A stretch of 61,656 bases of DNA, counting the filler, from Chiloscyllium plagiosum (Eukaryota): assembly GCF_004010195.1 (NCBI RefSeq). It is 5 parts of one record of this genome, joined end to end, with 100 filler letters (N's around TTAATTAATTAA, not from the genome) between each part and the next. Parts side by side here need not be neighbours in the genome. Positions count along the whole stretch, not along the records: positions 11,342 to 18,210 come from NC_057710.1; positions 18,311 to 44,459 come from NC_057710.1; 3 more parts are not named here. One strand, written 5' to 3'. Under the pieces are notes generated by a model, which was given only the letters and a program-made list of their open reading frames with translations, ran no database searches and was not told the origin of the DNA. Below, in pieces: positions 13,597 to 25,758 of this stretch; position 1 is the first letter of the stretch; each line of letters opens with the position of its first letter. Position numbers and translations under genes: made by a program.

Positions 13597-16500
13597 TTTC
13601 TCCAGCATAAAACAGGTTTACATCACAATACAATGGTCCTGTTTGTCTGAACTAAGTGGTTTCAGCACGGATGAGTTGGACCGAAGAGTCTGTTTCCATG
13701 ATGACATCTCTATAATCTCAATTGCCATGGGGTAAAAACAAACTTTAATTTGTTTGTTGACGGAATGACAAAACAAAAATACACTTTGATTTCTAATTGG
13801 TTCTTACAAAAAAAACTGTCACACAGATCTCCTAAAATCGAGTCAAGAACAGAACTAACAAAGATCTGGACGCATCCCACCTATGACGTATGGTTTCAGA
13901 CATTCAAGTGGAGGATCCGAAAATAAAAACATGATAAATATAGGCCAACTGAATACACAGTAATTACACTGCTTTGTTACAATGGTTTTAGCGCAAGCTA
14001 CTCCACAGAATATTAACAACACATTTATAATACAAAGTGGGTAAGATTCATTTCAGGCCTACATTTTCTCTCAACAGCAGGAATGGTGCACTTCCTAATA
14101 TTCTATGTAATGCTATTTAAGTTTATTTAAAAATCTAAAAACTTTTAAACTACATTAAAACTCAAACTTCTACAAAGGAATGGAGTAAAACTAGGTACAA
14201 TTCAACTTCATACTTCATGAGAAATCTACAGTAAAGATTTTATCACTTTTGTTTTCTTCCTCACCACTCCAACCAGAAAAATCAATTTCAGTACTGTTAC
14301 CTGACCAGTTATCCTGTTAAGACCCTTCATTGTTTCAATCTTGAACTCTGCAGACTTTTACTGCATTTTGCATTTCCAGATATTAATAGAAAATCACAAA
14401 CATTACAAATATATTTCACACCAATATTAAACTTGAAAATTGCAATAAAACTTCAAAAGAACACTATTTCATAAAATATAAAATATGCAGTTACTTCTTC
14501 GACTATTCCACCAACTAAAGTTCTGTAAACATAACCTGGACATGGATAATTAAACCTTAAACATGTTAAGCAACAGATTACAAAAGTTCAAAGGAAACAC
14601 AGGAACATCAAGGAGGGATAAACACTGAAAACTTGCATGAATGAGAAGTTCAGCAAGAGATGGGCAACAGTAAGAATTAGAAAAAGGCAGTCTTTGCCAA
14701 GGAAAGGATGGGTTCAGACATGCAATTTAAAAATAATACCAAGGGATCAATGACACTGGGATGCTTGGAGGCTTCCAGTTCACAATAAGCTACTTGGAGT
14801 GTGCCTGGGGGCAAAGGACCTTATATCACCCTTTAGCCAACCTTCAACTCTATGCCTTCTAGAATCTGTACTGTTTTCAATGAAATCTTGAACCACAGGG
14901 CATTCTTTCCAGAATAAATCAACACCATTGTTATGTACTGAGCAGCTAACAAATATATTTTAATTTAAAATAAAGCAGAAATCTCAAAAGTTAGTGCCTT
15001 TTTACATCATTAACTGATACACACGAGAATAAATTGAACATATTACTAAATTATGAAATAAAGTTGGTCAATTCAGAGAACAATTCGGCTCCTCCTTACC
15101 AAAAGAAATTTCAACTTACAGGCTTCTAACATTAGAATCAAACTACTGTTTACTATTGCAAAGGTTTCAATGCAAGTTAGGGTAGTATTAACTTCACTGA
15201 GGGAATTTCTTTTAAAAATTATTCTATGGAAGTTACTGCTGTCATTAGTAATTAAATGGTTAGCTTTATAAACTGAAATATGTTTTTCTGAAAAATTGAC
15301 TTAATTTTCTATAAGAAAGGGAGTTATTCCAGCATATAATGTTACAGAAGTTTGGACACAATCACAGCTCTAAATTACTAACTCATAGGCATCAAATTCC
15401 AAGTGTTGCTTATTTGCCAAAACACTAAATTACATAATTTTAAATAGACTTACAAACATCAACATACTAAACAAAAAGTAAAATAAAAATACATTTCTAT
15501 TTCACAAGGATAGTTACCAGGATTTAAGTCAGAACATATGGCTCATGAAACCATGTGTAACTGACTGTTTGCCTGATATAAATTAAAGCAAACTGGCAAG
15601 TCAAAAAGATAATCGTTAAAGTCAATTGCATATGTTATCCTTACCTCTGCATCTATAATTGCATTCAATTTTTGACTGCCAGAACAGTTTGGATTTTTGA
15701 AAGATGCCTCTGTGGTGATTTATTTTGTAAGAGGTGCCTGGCACATATGGAAGCATGCAAGGTATACAGAGGACTGCGCACATGACACATTTATGTTAGT
15801 AGAAAACAACAACCAAAGATCAGAAGGACCCAGCAACAAAGTTCCCTGGTTGGGGAGATTATGTTGAGGGGTTGCATAGGATAGGATGCATGAAAGGAAT
15901 AGTGTGTGGTGAAGAAATGCCATGTGGCAGAAGATAACAGGAGCAATATTCAAAAGCTTTTCTTGGCATTAAAAATAAATACCAGAGAGTTTGAGTGAAA
16001 ATGTTTGAGAAAAATCTGTCAGGTGAATTAAAAGAAAGCATCAGCACTTATTCTATGGATGACGACGGCGGTCTAGCCCTTCTTGGGTTTCTACACAGTC
16101 TCATTTTACTATGCATGCCACTACACAAACTTAAAACTCAAGGAAACAGCAGTTCTCATGCTGTTTGAAACCTGTCCTAAACAAGATTGGTAGTTCAGAA
16201 GATATTTTCTTCTATTGCAGATGCTGAAATCATAACAGGCTGCTTTCAAGAAATTAGAATGTTTATTCCTCAAGTATAGGGTCCAACAGATACAAGTCTG
16301 ACCTTACAACTCAGAAGCAAACAATTCCCAGTTAGATTTTTATCTGACTATAAGTAATAAGGCCAAAATCTTAAAATTTACATTAATATTAGGTCTGACA
16401 TGGGTACCTTAAATGTAGCTTTTTCCCCCACCAAGTGAAGTTTTGACTGAACATTTGTGAAGAACTAGAAATCCAATATTTGAAGGAATACTACTACAAA

Positions 16501-16984
16501 AAAACTAAATTGTTCATAAATATTTTGCAGGTCCTATTAATTTTTAATTCTCTGAGCCAGGAGGCCTAGATTCAAGACCCAACCGTTCCAAAGGTTGACT
16601 AGAAAATAAATAGATATTTCGCCTTAGCAAACAAAATAATTGTAAGAGAATTGAGCTTCTCCTGATGCAACTAAGTGATCTTCTGAAGCTGCAATTACCA
16701 AGTAACATTTTCATGCTGTCAGCAGGTCCAAATTGTTCAGATTTCACCCTCTTTTCAGCCTCTCCGAATAGGATGGGTGAAGAGGGCTGCCTGTCAGTAT
16801 TGCAGTGTGGAAGGTTTTGTGGCGAGAATTGCAGGGGAATTAAGGTTGTAGGAGGAGAGGAGGGAAAGAGTGAGGTGGCAACAAGGCATGTGAGGAAGTG
16901 GTATGGCTGCATGAAGTGGGTGGCGGGGGAGTTGGCTGGGGAATGGAGAGGTCGGCAATAGAAGGGCAAAGAGGGGTGGGTGCA

Positions 16985-17520
16985 TTGCAAGAAACAGAGG
17001 AGCAGGAATAGGCCATTCAATCCCTCAAATCCATTCTGTCATCCTAAATCATGGCCAAGCATCTACCTCAGTATCATATTCCCACACTCCCCCTTAATCT
17101 TGCAATGTAAATAGAAATTGATAGATTTCTACACACAGTTAAACTAACTGAATGGCTAAATTTCTGAGCTTCCACAGGCCTCAACAGAATTCCAAAAGAT
17201 TCACCACCCTCAAAGTGAAGAGGTTCCTCTTCAATCTGGTCTTAAGTGGCTTGCCTTTTATTCTGGCATAGTGTCCCATGGTTCCGAACCCCACAGCAAT
17301 GGGAAACATTCTTTCAACATCTATTCTGTCTATCACTAAGAATTTTCTAAGTTTGTGAGATCATCTCCCAATCTTCTAAACCCGAGAATATAGACACTTC
17401 ATTCTTTCTTTTTAGGACCCTCCTATCCCAGGAACCAGTCTGGTGAACTGCTATTGTATCCCCTCTCTGGTAAATAGATCTTTCCTCACCAAAAGCACTC
17501 AGATCATCACATACTAAGAT
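16985..17520 (-). mobile_element. Old CR1 3' fragment
   Basis: AGGAGCAGGAATAGGCCATTC and CAAAAGATTCACCACCCTC are reverse-complement CR1 3' signatures. Confidence 0.6.
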
Positions 17521-17533
17521 GAAGGACAGGAAC

Positions 17534-18210
17534 AATTTCTGGCTGTAAGAGCTGCTCCTTTTTTTGAGGTATTTTAAGTGTTGGAGGTGATTTCCTCGAA
17601 TTCCAGGAGCAGCAATTACTGTTTTATATGCTGTTGCATTTTTTTTTCAAAGTTCCAAAACAAAGTCAAAACAACAGCAGACAAAGGAAGCACGTGGTGA
17701 GGACAGTGCAGGGGGAGAGGGGAGGGGGGGGGGTTGGGGGGAGGGAACCTGCACAGTTACCACCTTTGCTGTTTGAATTCATGTATCGCTGGACATTGGA
17801 GTGCATCTGGGAAAATTAACAAACAGTGAAATTCACAACTAATCTTGGAGGAAGTGTTGGGCGAAATTCACAGCACAGAATCAGATAAGTTAATTGTTGT
17901 TTTAAGTTTGTCCAAGAGAAAGGCTGCAGTAGTGGGTACAGTGGATTCTTTCTTCATTATATGTTTTTGGAGATAAGTTTCTTGATTAAACTTAAAATAT
18001 AAGCCATAGCTATTAATTTAACCTGGGGCAGTGTTTGTAAAGGAATAAGAACTGTGTTATTTTCTGGGTCTGTAGATTGCGAAGGAGCAAAAAATGGCCT
18101 TTGCAGTGATATGTACTTCTTGTCAGATGTGGGAGTTTAAATAGAGTTTAAGGGTTACTGCGGATTATATCTGCCATAAATGCTGTTGGATGCGAATCTT
18201 ATCAGATTGA
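17534..18210 (+). mobile_element. CR1 LINE 5' UTR and start of ORF1, running into a gap
   Basis: Reverse complement of 45660-46217; ORF1 starts ATGGCCTTTGCAGTGATATGTACTTCTTGT (MAFAVICTSC) near 18094, followed by a TAG stop. Confidence 0.85.
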
Positions 18211-18310
18211 NNNNNNNNNNNNNNNNNNNNNNNNNNNNNNNNNNNNNNNNNNNNTTAATTAATTAANNNNNNNNNNNNNNNNNNNNNNNNNNNNNNNNNN
18301 NNNNNNNNNN
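18211..18310. other. Assembly gap spacer
   Basis: N-run / TTAATTAATTAA / N-run. Confidence 0.95.
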
Positions 18311-18545
18311 AGCAGGAAAATCGACGTTTCGGGCAAAAGCCCTCCATCAGGAATGAGGCAGGGAGCTTCCAGGGTGGAGAGATAAATGGGATGGGGGTTG
18401 GGGGAAGGTAACAGAGTCTGATAGGTGGATGGAGGTAGGGGAAATGGTAACAGGTTGGAGAGGAAGGTGGAGCAGATAGGTGGGAAGGAAGATGGACAGG
18501 TGGGACAAGTCATGAGGGCGGTGCTGAGCTGGAAGGGTGAAACTG
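18311..18545 (-). mobile_element. PLE 3' UTR/end with hammerhead motif (18319-18354, A9>G)
   Basis: Minus strand CTGATGG A GGGC TTTT GCCC GAAA CGTC GATT; homologous to 30900-31110. Confidence 0.8.
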
Positions 18546-18795
18546 ATCTGGGATGAACATTGTCTTAACCTTTACTTTTTTTTCTTAACTATGACTTGTC
18601 ATTAATACAGGGGCTGTGGTATGCCAACTTATAAAACTTTTCACTTTTATTTTAAAAATGTGAAAATACATGCGATAATAAATGGTTATTCTATTCTATT
18701 GGAAGTGACAATAAATCCAGAGTCCCTGCAGACCTTTCTTGCCCAGAATGAAGTGTACATGTTGAAATACAAAGAAATACATTTGCAGAGTTTTT

Positions 18796-19116
18796 AGATT
18801 AGATTAGACTACCTACAGTGTGGAAACAGGCCCTTCGGCCCAACAAGTCCACACTGACCCTCCGAAGAGCAACCCAGACACATTCCCCTACATTTACCCC
18901 TTCACCTAGCACAATGGGCAATTTGCCATGGCCAATTCACCTGCCCTGCACATTTTTGGTCTGTGTGAGGAAACCGGAGCATCCGGAGGAAACCCACGCA
19001 GACACGGGGAGAATGTGCAAACTCCACACAGACAGTTGCCCGAGATAGGAATTGAACCCAGGTCCCTGGCGCTGTGAGGCAGCAGTGCTAACCACTGACC
19101 CACCGTGCCGCCCACC
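18796..19116 (-). mobile_element. HE1-type tRNA-derived SINE (left palindrome arm)
   Basis: A-box-like TGGGTCAGTGG, B-box GGTTCAATTCC, CR1-like 3' end with TCTAA repeats. Confidence 0.9.
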
Positions 19117-19559
19117 CTACCTGAAATAACCTGTTGGATAACAGAAATTACTGAATGTAACAGAAATTAACTATGGCTACAGGGGTCTACCTCGTGAAGG
19201 GGACACAATGTATCTTTCATTCGACCCAGCCATGAGACATTGAAATGCAATGTCAAATTAGGGACACAGCACATGATAAAACAAATTATAAGAATGGATT
19301 TTGGATTCTTAAGGGAGATGGCTCAGAACATCAAACAAAGGAGGTCATACTATGCAAGGCAACATTATAATGAGGTGATGTTCAATGGATTGACTTAAAG
19401 TGGAGGACACTGACCGAGATTTATTTTTAAATCAACCTGTTCACCCAACCATTATAGGAGCAGGTGGAACTTGAACCTGGGACCTTCTGGCTCAGATGTT
19501 GGGCCATCACCACCATGCCCAGCAGCCCTAGCCTGGCTCTGTCATTTATCACACTCACT

Positions 19560-19721
19560 TCAGAAAAAAGAGTTACAAGGATGTTGCCAGGGTTGGAGGA
19601 TTTGAGCTACAGGGAGAGGTGGAATAGGCTGTTTTCGTTGGAGCATTGGAGGCTGAAGGGTGACCTTAGAGGTTTATAAAATCATGAGGGGCATGGATAG
19701 GGTAAATAGGCAAAGTCTCTT
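19560..19721 (+). mobile_element. CR1 C-terminal fragment cut off by the central PLE element (mirror copy at 19960-20121)
   Basis: Encodes TRMLPGLEDLSYRER...RLKGDL. Confidence 0.8.
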
Positions 19722-19959
19722 CAGCTGAAAATGTGTTGCTGGAAAAGTGCAGCAGGTCAGGCAGCATCCAAGGAGCAGGAGAATCGACGTTTCGGGCATG
19801 AGCCCTTCTTCTGGAATCAATCCTGAAGAAGGGCTCATGCCCGAAACGTCTTCTTCTGGAATCAATCCTGAAGAAGGGTTCATGCCCGAAATGTCGATTC
19901 TCCTGCTCCTTGGATGCTGCCTGACCTGCTGCACTTTTCCAGCAACACATTTTCAGCTG
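19722..19959. mobile_element. Head-to-head PLE terminal repeats at the palindrome apex
   Basis: PLE tail on the minus strand (19722-19815) and on the plus strand (19866-19959), with a 45-bp tandem duplication 19806-19850/19851-19895. Confidence 0.85.
19819..19899 (+). ncRNA. Tandem (dimeric) minimal hammerhead ribozymes
   Basis: AATC CTGAAGA A GGGC TCAT GCCC GAAA CGTC (19819-19850) and AATC CTGAAGA A GGGT TCAT GCCC GAAA TGTC GATT (19864-19899). Stem I is AATC/GATT; predicted cleavage after C19895. Confidence 0.7.
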
Positions 19960-20565
19960 AAGAGACTTTGCCTATTTACCCTATCCATGCCCCTCATGAT
20001 TTTATAAACCTCTAAGGTCACCCTTCAGCCTCCAATGCTCCAACGAAAACAGCCTATTCCACCTCTCCCTGTAGCTCAAATCCTCCAACCCTGGCAACAT
20101 CCTTGTAACTCTTTTTTTCTGAAGTGAGTGTGATAAATGACAGAGCCAGGCTAGGGCTGCTGGGCATGGTGGTGATGGCCCAACATCTGAGCCAGAAGGT
20201 CCCAGGTTCAAGTTCCACCTGCTCCTATAATGGTTGGATGAACAGGTTGATTTAAAAATAAATCTAGGACAGTGTCCTCCACTTTAAGTCAATCCATTGA
20301 ACATCACCTCATTATAATGTTGCCTTGCATAGTATGACCTCCTTTGTTTGATGTTCTGAGCCATCTCCCTTAAGAATCCAAAATCCATTCTTATAATTTG
20401 TTTTATCATGTGCTGTGTCCCTAATTTGACATTGCATTTCAATGTCTCATGGCTGGGTCGAATGAAAGATACATTGTGTCCCCTTCACGAGGTAGACCCC
20501 TGTAGCCATAGTTAATTTCTGTTACATTCAGTAATTTCTGTTATCCAACAGGTTATTTCAGGTAG

Positions 20566-20886
20566 GGTGGGCGGCACGGTGGGTCAGTGGTTAGCACTGC
20601 TGCCTCACAGCGCCAGGGACCTGGGTTCAATTCCTATCTCGGGCAACTGTCTGTGTGGAGTTTGCACATTCTCCCCGTGTCTGCGTGGGTTTCCTCCGGA
20701 TGCTCCGGTTTCCTCACACAGTCCAAAAATGTGCAGGGCAGGTGAATTGGCCATGGCAAATTGCCCATTGTGCTAGGTGAAGGGGTAAATGTAGGGGAAT
20801 GTGTCTGGGTTGCTCTTCGGAGGGTCAGTGTGGACTTGTTGGGCCGAAGGGCCTGTTTCCACACTGTAGGTAGTCTAATCTAATCT
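20566..20886 (+). mobile_element. HE1-type SINE (right palindrome arm)
   Basis: Mirror image of 18796-19116. Confidence 0.9.
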
Positions 20887-21136
20887 AAAAACTCTGCAAA
20901 TGTATTTCTTTGTATTTCAACATGTACACTTCATTCTGGGCAAGAAAGGTCTGCAGGGACTCTGGATTTATTGTCACTTCCAATAGAATAGAATAACCAT
21001 TTATTATCGCATTTTTTTCACATTTTTAAAATAAAAGTGAAAAGTTTTATAAGTTGGCATACCACAGCCCCTGTATTAATGACAAGTCATAGTTAAGAAA
21101 AAAAAAGTAAAGGTTAAGACAATGTTCATCCCAGAT

Positions 21137-21427
21137 CAGTTTCAACCTTCCAGCTCAGCACCGCCCTCATGACTTGTCCCACCTGTCCATCTTCCTTCCC
21201 ACCTATCTGCTCCACCTTCCTCTCCAACCTGTTACCATTTCCCCTACCTCCATCCACCTCCCCTGCCCACGCCCACACCCATGCCCACAAGCCTGATTTC
21301 TGATGAAGGGCTCTTGCCCTAAATGTCGATTCTCCTGCTCCTCGGATGCTGCCTGACCTGCTGAGCTTTTCCAGCACCACACTCTCGACGCTGATCTCCA
21401 GCAGCTGCAGTTCTCACTTTCTCCTCA
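21137..21427 (+). mobile_element. PLE 3' UTR/end with mutated hammerhead (21297-21331, G12>T)
   Basis: CTGATGA AGGGC TCTT GCCCT AAA TGTC GATT, then the standard tail ending CTGCAGTTCTCACTTTCTCC. Confidence 0.8.
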
Positions 21428-23659
21428 GATCAGTTTCCGTTCAGGGAAAGCCAGTTGAGGTGATGAACACTGAAATACCTGGAAGCTGCTGCCAGAGGCG
21501 ACCTCCAGGCTGGGAGGAGACCGTCCCTCTGAGACCATGGGAACCCATTAATCACTTCAACTTGTTTTGTTTAAAGGTGTGGTGTTCAGGAATGCAGCCA
21601 CAACTTTGGTAGTGCTTACTATAAATGGAATTGAGATACAGATTAGCCACTTAATGTGATGGGACTCCTAGGGATTGGAGTAAGTCAATCAGCTTCTCAA
21701 ACCCACTCTGCCATTCAATTAGATCACAATTGATTTGTATCTTAACTTCAATTAGATCATGGTTCAACTGCTTTATTCTACCTCATCCCAACTTTTAAAA
21801 GTTTTGTAACATGAGGCAATTTTTCTGAATGCATCTGTGCCAATTTTCTGAAAGAATGAACCACTTAATTTTTTTTGACCTTTCCTCAGTCTCTTCTGAC
21901 ATTCTTCAAATATTTGTTCTCTTCCCACTGTGAGCTGCATGTGAGCAACTGTCTGTATTTAAAAATCTTTCTATTGGATTTTCTTAAGTCTAACTTTTTA
22001 ACTATTGGAAATTAATTTTCCTTACTATCGATAGATATTGTTAAGCCTTAATATATATTTCAGTGAAGTGTGTCCCAGTTTCCATTGACTCCTTGTTTTA
22101 CATGACAGTTTCACCTCTGTTGTTAGGTTTATAAATAATCCCATTTTAAAGATTTGTGTTCTAGCGTCTCTCTGCTGTGTAATCAATTCTAAAGTTTTAT
22201 AATTTGATGTTTGTTGTCTCTTGATAGTTTTTTACCCAAAATATACCCCCTCACATCTCTTTAAATTTAATCAAACTTCTGATTTGCCCAATTCACTAAC
22301 TTATTTCTTTAACTTCTCTTCATGGTTAACCATGTTCCTTATTTCATGTTGTTTGCAAAAGTTGTTATTCTATCTATGACTGAAGCTCGAATTTATGTAT
22401 ATGCCAGAGACTAGTATTGGGCTGAATCTGCATTCTGAAATTACTATCTAGTTATCGGGATGAAATGCGGGTGTGGAATGTGAAGGACAGTTTTTTTGAG
22501 GAGATAGCCAATCGATTGGCCTCTGAGGGAGCTCTCTTCGATGTGAGGTGATTTGTAGGCTGGGTGCTGTGCATGAAGGACCAATAAGAGACATTCCTAC
22601 AGTGATGGGGTAATCAGTCAATTATTATGTTATTGTTTCAAGAGCTGGATATGCTAATGTGCCAAGGAGCACATGACCAAGCTCCAATCGCAGACCGGTG
22701 AAAGCAAACCACAAAGAGTTTGTGCATTTGGTTCTTACTGCAAATTGCAGTTTAAGCTGTGAAATGGACGTGTGCAAGATTTTCATATTAATTGAATTTA
22801 AACTATTTAATCTGTTTAATTTACCAATAGAAACAGGCATGTGATATGGTGATCAGCTTTTGGAATTTTTTAATCAAAGCAACCTTTCAACCACAGCAAA
22901 AGGCCTCAGTGAAGACTTGAAGCAGTGCAGAAGTTCTATCTGTATTTGACCCTAGAAAACTGATCACCTCGGGAACAATTAATATTTCATTTGTGAGACT
23001 GAGTAGGAACAGGAATAGGCCCTTTACCTCAGTGAGCATGCTCTGCCATTCATTAAGACTATGGCTGATGTGATTACTCAACATTCCTGCCTATCACCAA
23101 TACCCTTTCACACCCACGTTTCTTGTGATATAACCTTTGGGATTTATGCATTAGCAGAAAATGCCCCAGTTTCAGCAGGGCTGGCAGAATCTGTGGAGAG
23201 AAACAAAGCTTCAAGTCTAGTGCAATTCATCTCCAGCTCTTTGTGTTTTTTCTTACTGCACATACTAGAATTCTGAAATTAGTTTGCTTTTATTTTGAGG
23301 ATTTATTTATACATGTGTTTTAATATTATGTATTATAGTTTTGGCTTTGTAGTTTTTGAGTTAGCAACCAATGGGTTTACTGTAGATCATGTTAATAATT
23401 AACTTGTAAGTATTTCTGTAGCCATTGAGATTTTTTTCTTTAGAAGAGTTTTTGATGCCTGACTTTAGAGTGAATATTTTTGTGTGTATCACTTTTGTTT
23501 ATTGTCGCTTTGTAGTTTGTTTTTTATTTGTGGCCCAGCAAGGTAAATATTGGGGCCTCAAGGATATGTTAGAGATTTCTAGAACTGTTTTATTCATCCG
23601 CCTAAGGGGAATACCCATAGATCAGAGAGGGAAAAATGTTTTCTTTTAGTTTCACTTTT

Positions 23660-24231
23660 AGTTTGGTGTAGTTCCTGTGAAATCCTTGGTATGTAGATCA
23701 GTGCTCCTGAGAGAGAAAAGATGCATCGACTACCTTAAACTGAAGAATTAGAGTTAGTCCCAGACTGGAAATGTTGGGATAAAACCCTGAAGAGGTTTCT
23801 TAAAGCTGAGTACGTTTTAGCTAGGTGTATTGTAGCTTCAGGAAGAAGGTATCTGCAATTCTAGTCTAAAAGGGGAAGACACAGCCAGTTAGGTCTACTG
23901 CGATGTTAGATACTCCGGTGTTGAGTAGTGTTGTATTTTGAGTAGTGTTTTGGCTACTATGCAAAAGCTGTTTTGTTTCTTTTCAATTTAGAGGTGTGTC
24001 TTGGGGTAAATGAGATTAAACTTTTACGATGTACTTTGAAATCTTGAATTTGTATTGTAAGTAGATGGTTTGGTTTATTCTATTTTGCCTTCATGTCTTC
24101 CATAATAAACTTCTGTTTTACTGTGTGCTTGTGTTTCAGTGAGAGATCACTTTGTTAAAATCAAAATATGATGCCGTAAGCTAGGTTTCTATCTGACTTG
24201 TCCAATAATAACACCATCTGATATCATAATA
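23660..24231 (+). mobile_element. Possible degenerate LTR
   Basis: AATAAA near 24104 and an end ...ATCATAATA resembling the CATAACA ends of other LTRs here; 5' boundary uncertain. Confidence 0.3.
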
Positions 24232-24643
24232 GTATCCAGAATCTATGGATCTCTGCTTGTAAAATGTTCAAAGTCTATTACCACCACCTATTCAGGAAAA
24301 GAGTTCCAAAGATTAATGATTCTTTGAGGAAATGAAAACCATGACTCCTATTCTAGATTTTCAAGAAACATCCTTGCTACACCCATGAGATCCCTTAGAA
24401 TATTTATCTATTTCAATAAACTGCTGTCTCAGCCTGCTCCTGCCCCACTGAACGTATTTACTGCTTTCCCTTTATTCACTGCATTTTACTTCCTCGAAGA
24501 ACTCCAATAAATATGAGTTCCCTCTGACATAACTCTGGTGACTGCCTTATTACCTTGAATTTTCTCAGTGGCGTGCTATAAACTCTTAATAGCTTCTAAC
24601 ACTTCTTCACGTTAGATTGACAGATGTTAATCTAACTGGTCTG

Positions 24644-25758
24644 CAAAGAACAAAGAAAATTTACAGCCCAGGAACAGGCCTGTCGGTCCTCCAAGCCTGA
24701 GCTGATCCAAATCCACTGTCTAAACAATTCCTAAGGATCTGTATCCCTCTGTTCCCCACCTACTCATACATCTGTCCAGATGTATCTTAAATGAATCTAC
24801 CGTGCCTGCCTCTACCACCTCTGCTGGGAACGCGTTTCAGGTACCGACCACCCTCTCTGTACGGTAGTTGCTGCTTGTAAACCCCTTAAACTTTCCACCT
24901 CTCACCTTGAAAGCGTGACCTCTCGTTACGGAGTCCTTCACCCTGGGAAAAAGCGTATCTCAATACACCCTGTCTATACCCTTCATGATTTTGTAAACCT
25001 CAATCAGGTCCCCCCACTCAATTTCCTTTTTTCTAATGGAAACAATCCTAACCTACTCAACCTCTCTTCATAGCTAGCACCTTCCGTACCAGGCACCATC
25101 CTCGTAAACCTGTTCTACACCCTTTCCAAAGCGTCCACATCCTTTTGGTAATGTGGTGACCAGAACTGTACACAGTATTCCAAATGCGGCCGAACCAACG
25201 TCCTGTACAATTTTAACATGACCTGCCAGCTCCGTCCCTGTCTGACGAAGGCAAGCATACTATATGCCTTCTTGACCACTCCATCCACCTGTGCAGCAAC
25301 CTTCAGGATACAATGGACCTGAACTCCCAGATCTCTCAGCTCATCAATGTTTCCCAAGGCTCTTCAGTTTACCCTATAATTTGCTCTAGAATTAGACTTC
25401 CCAAAATGCATCACCTCACGTTTGCCTGGATTGAACCCCACCTGCTACTTCTCCGCCCAACTCTCTAGTCTGTCTATATCCTCCTGTATTCTTTGACAGT
25501 CCCCTATACTTTCTACTACTCCACCAATCTTTGTGTCATCTGCAAACTTGTTGATCATACCAACAGTGCCCTCTTCCAGATCATTTATGTATATCACAAA
25601 CAACAGTGGCCCCAGCACTGACCCCTGTGGAACACCACTGGTCACCTTTCTCCATTTTGAGAAACTCCATTCAACTACTACTCTCTGCCTCCTGTTGCTT
25701 AACCAGGTCTTTATCCACCTGCGAGAACACCCTGCACACCATGTGACTTCACTTTCTC
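24644..25758 (-). mobile_element. CR1 LINE 3' portion, same family as 1150-3761
   Basis: Minus-strand ORFs [15 protein letters not shown]...KFADDTK and LEYCVQFWSPHYQKD; same 3' tail as the copy ending at 3761. Confidence 0.93.

Larger units (their letters stand above)
18423..21259. repeat. Large inverted repeat: arms of about 1.39 kb (18423-~19815 and ~19866-21259) with a ~50-bp spacer
   Basis: Arms are reverse complements. The ORF track shows mirror pairs 18818+/20634-, 18906-/20567+ and 19674-/19747+. About ten small differences visible by eye. Confidence 0.97.

Noticed and set aside
19464..20211. Mirror-image ORF pairs suggesting duplicated genes
   Set aside because: Products of the inverted repeat over non-coding PLE tails and CR1 remnants.
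20566..20645. tRNA-like A/B boxes as tRNA genes (also at 40985 and 43678)
   Set aside because: These are SINE heads continuous with the SINE body; I see no complete cloverleaf.
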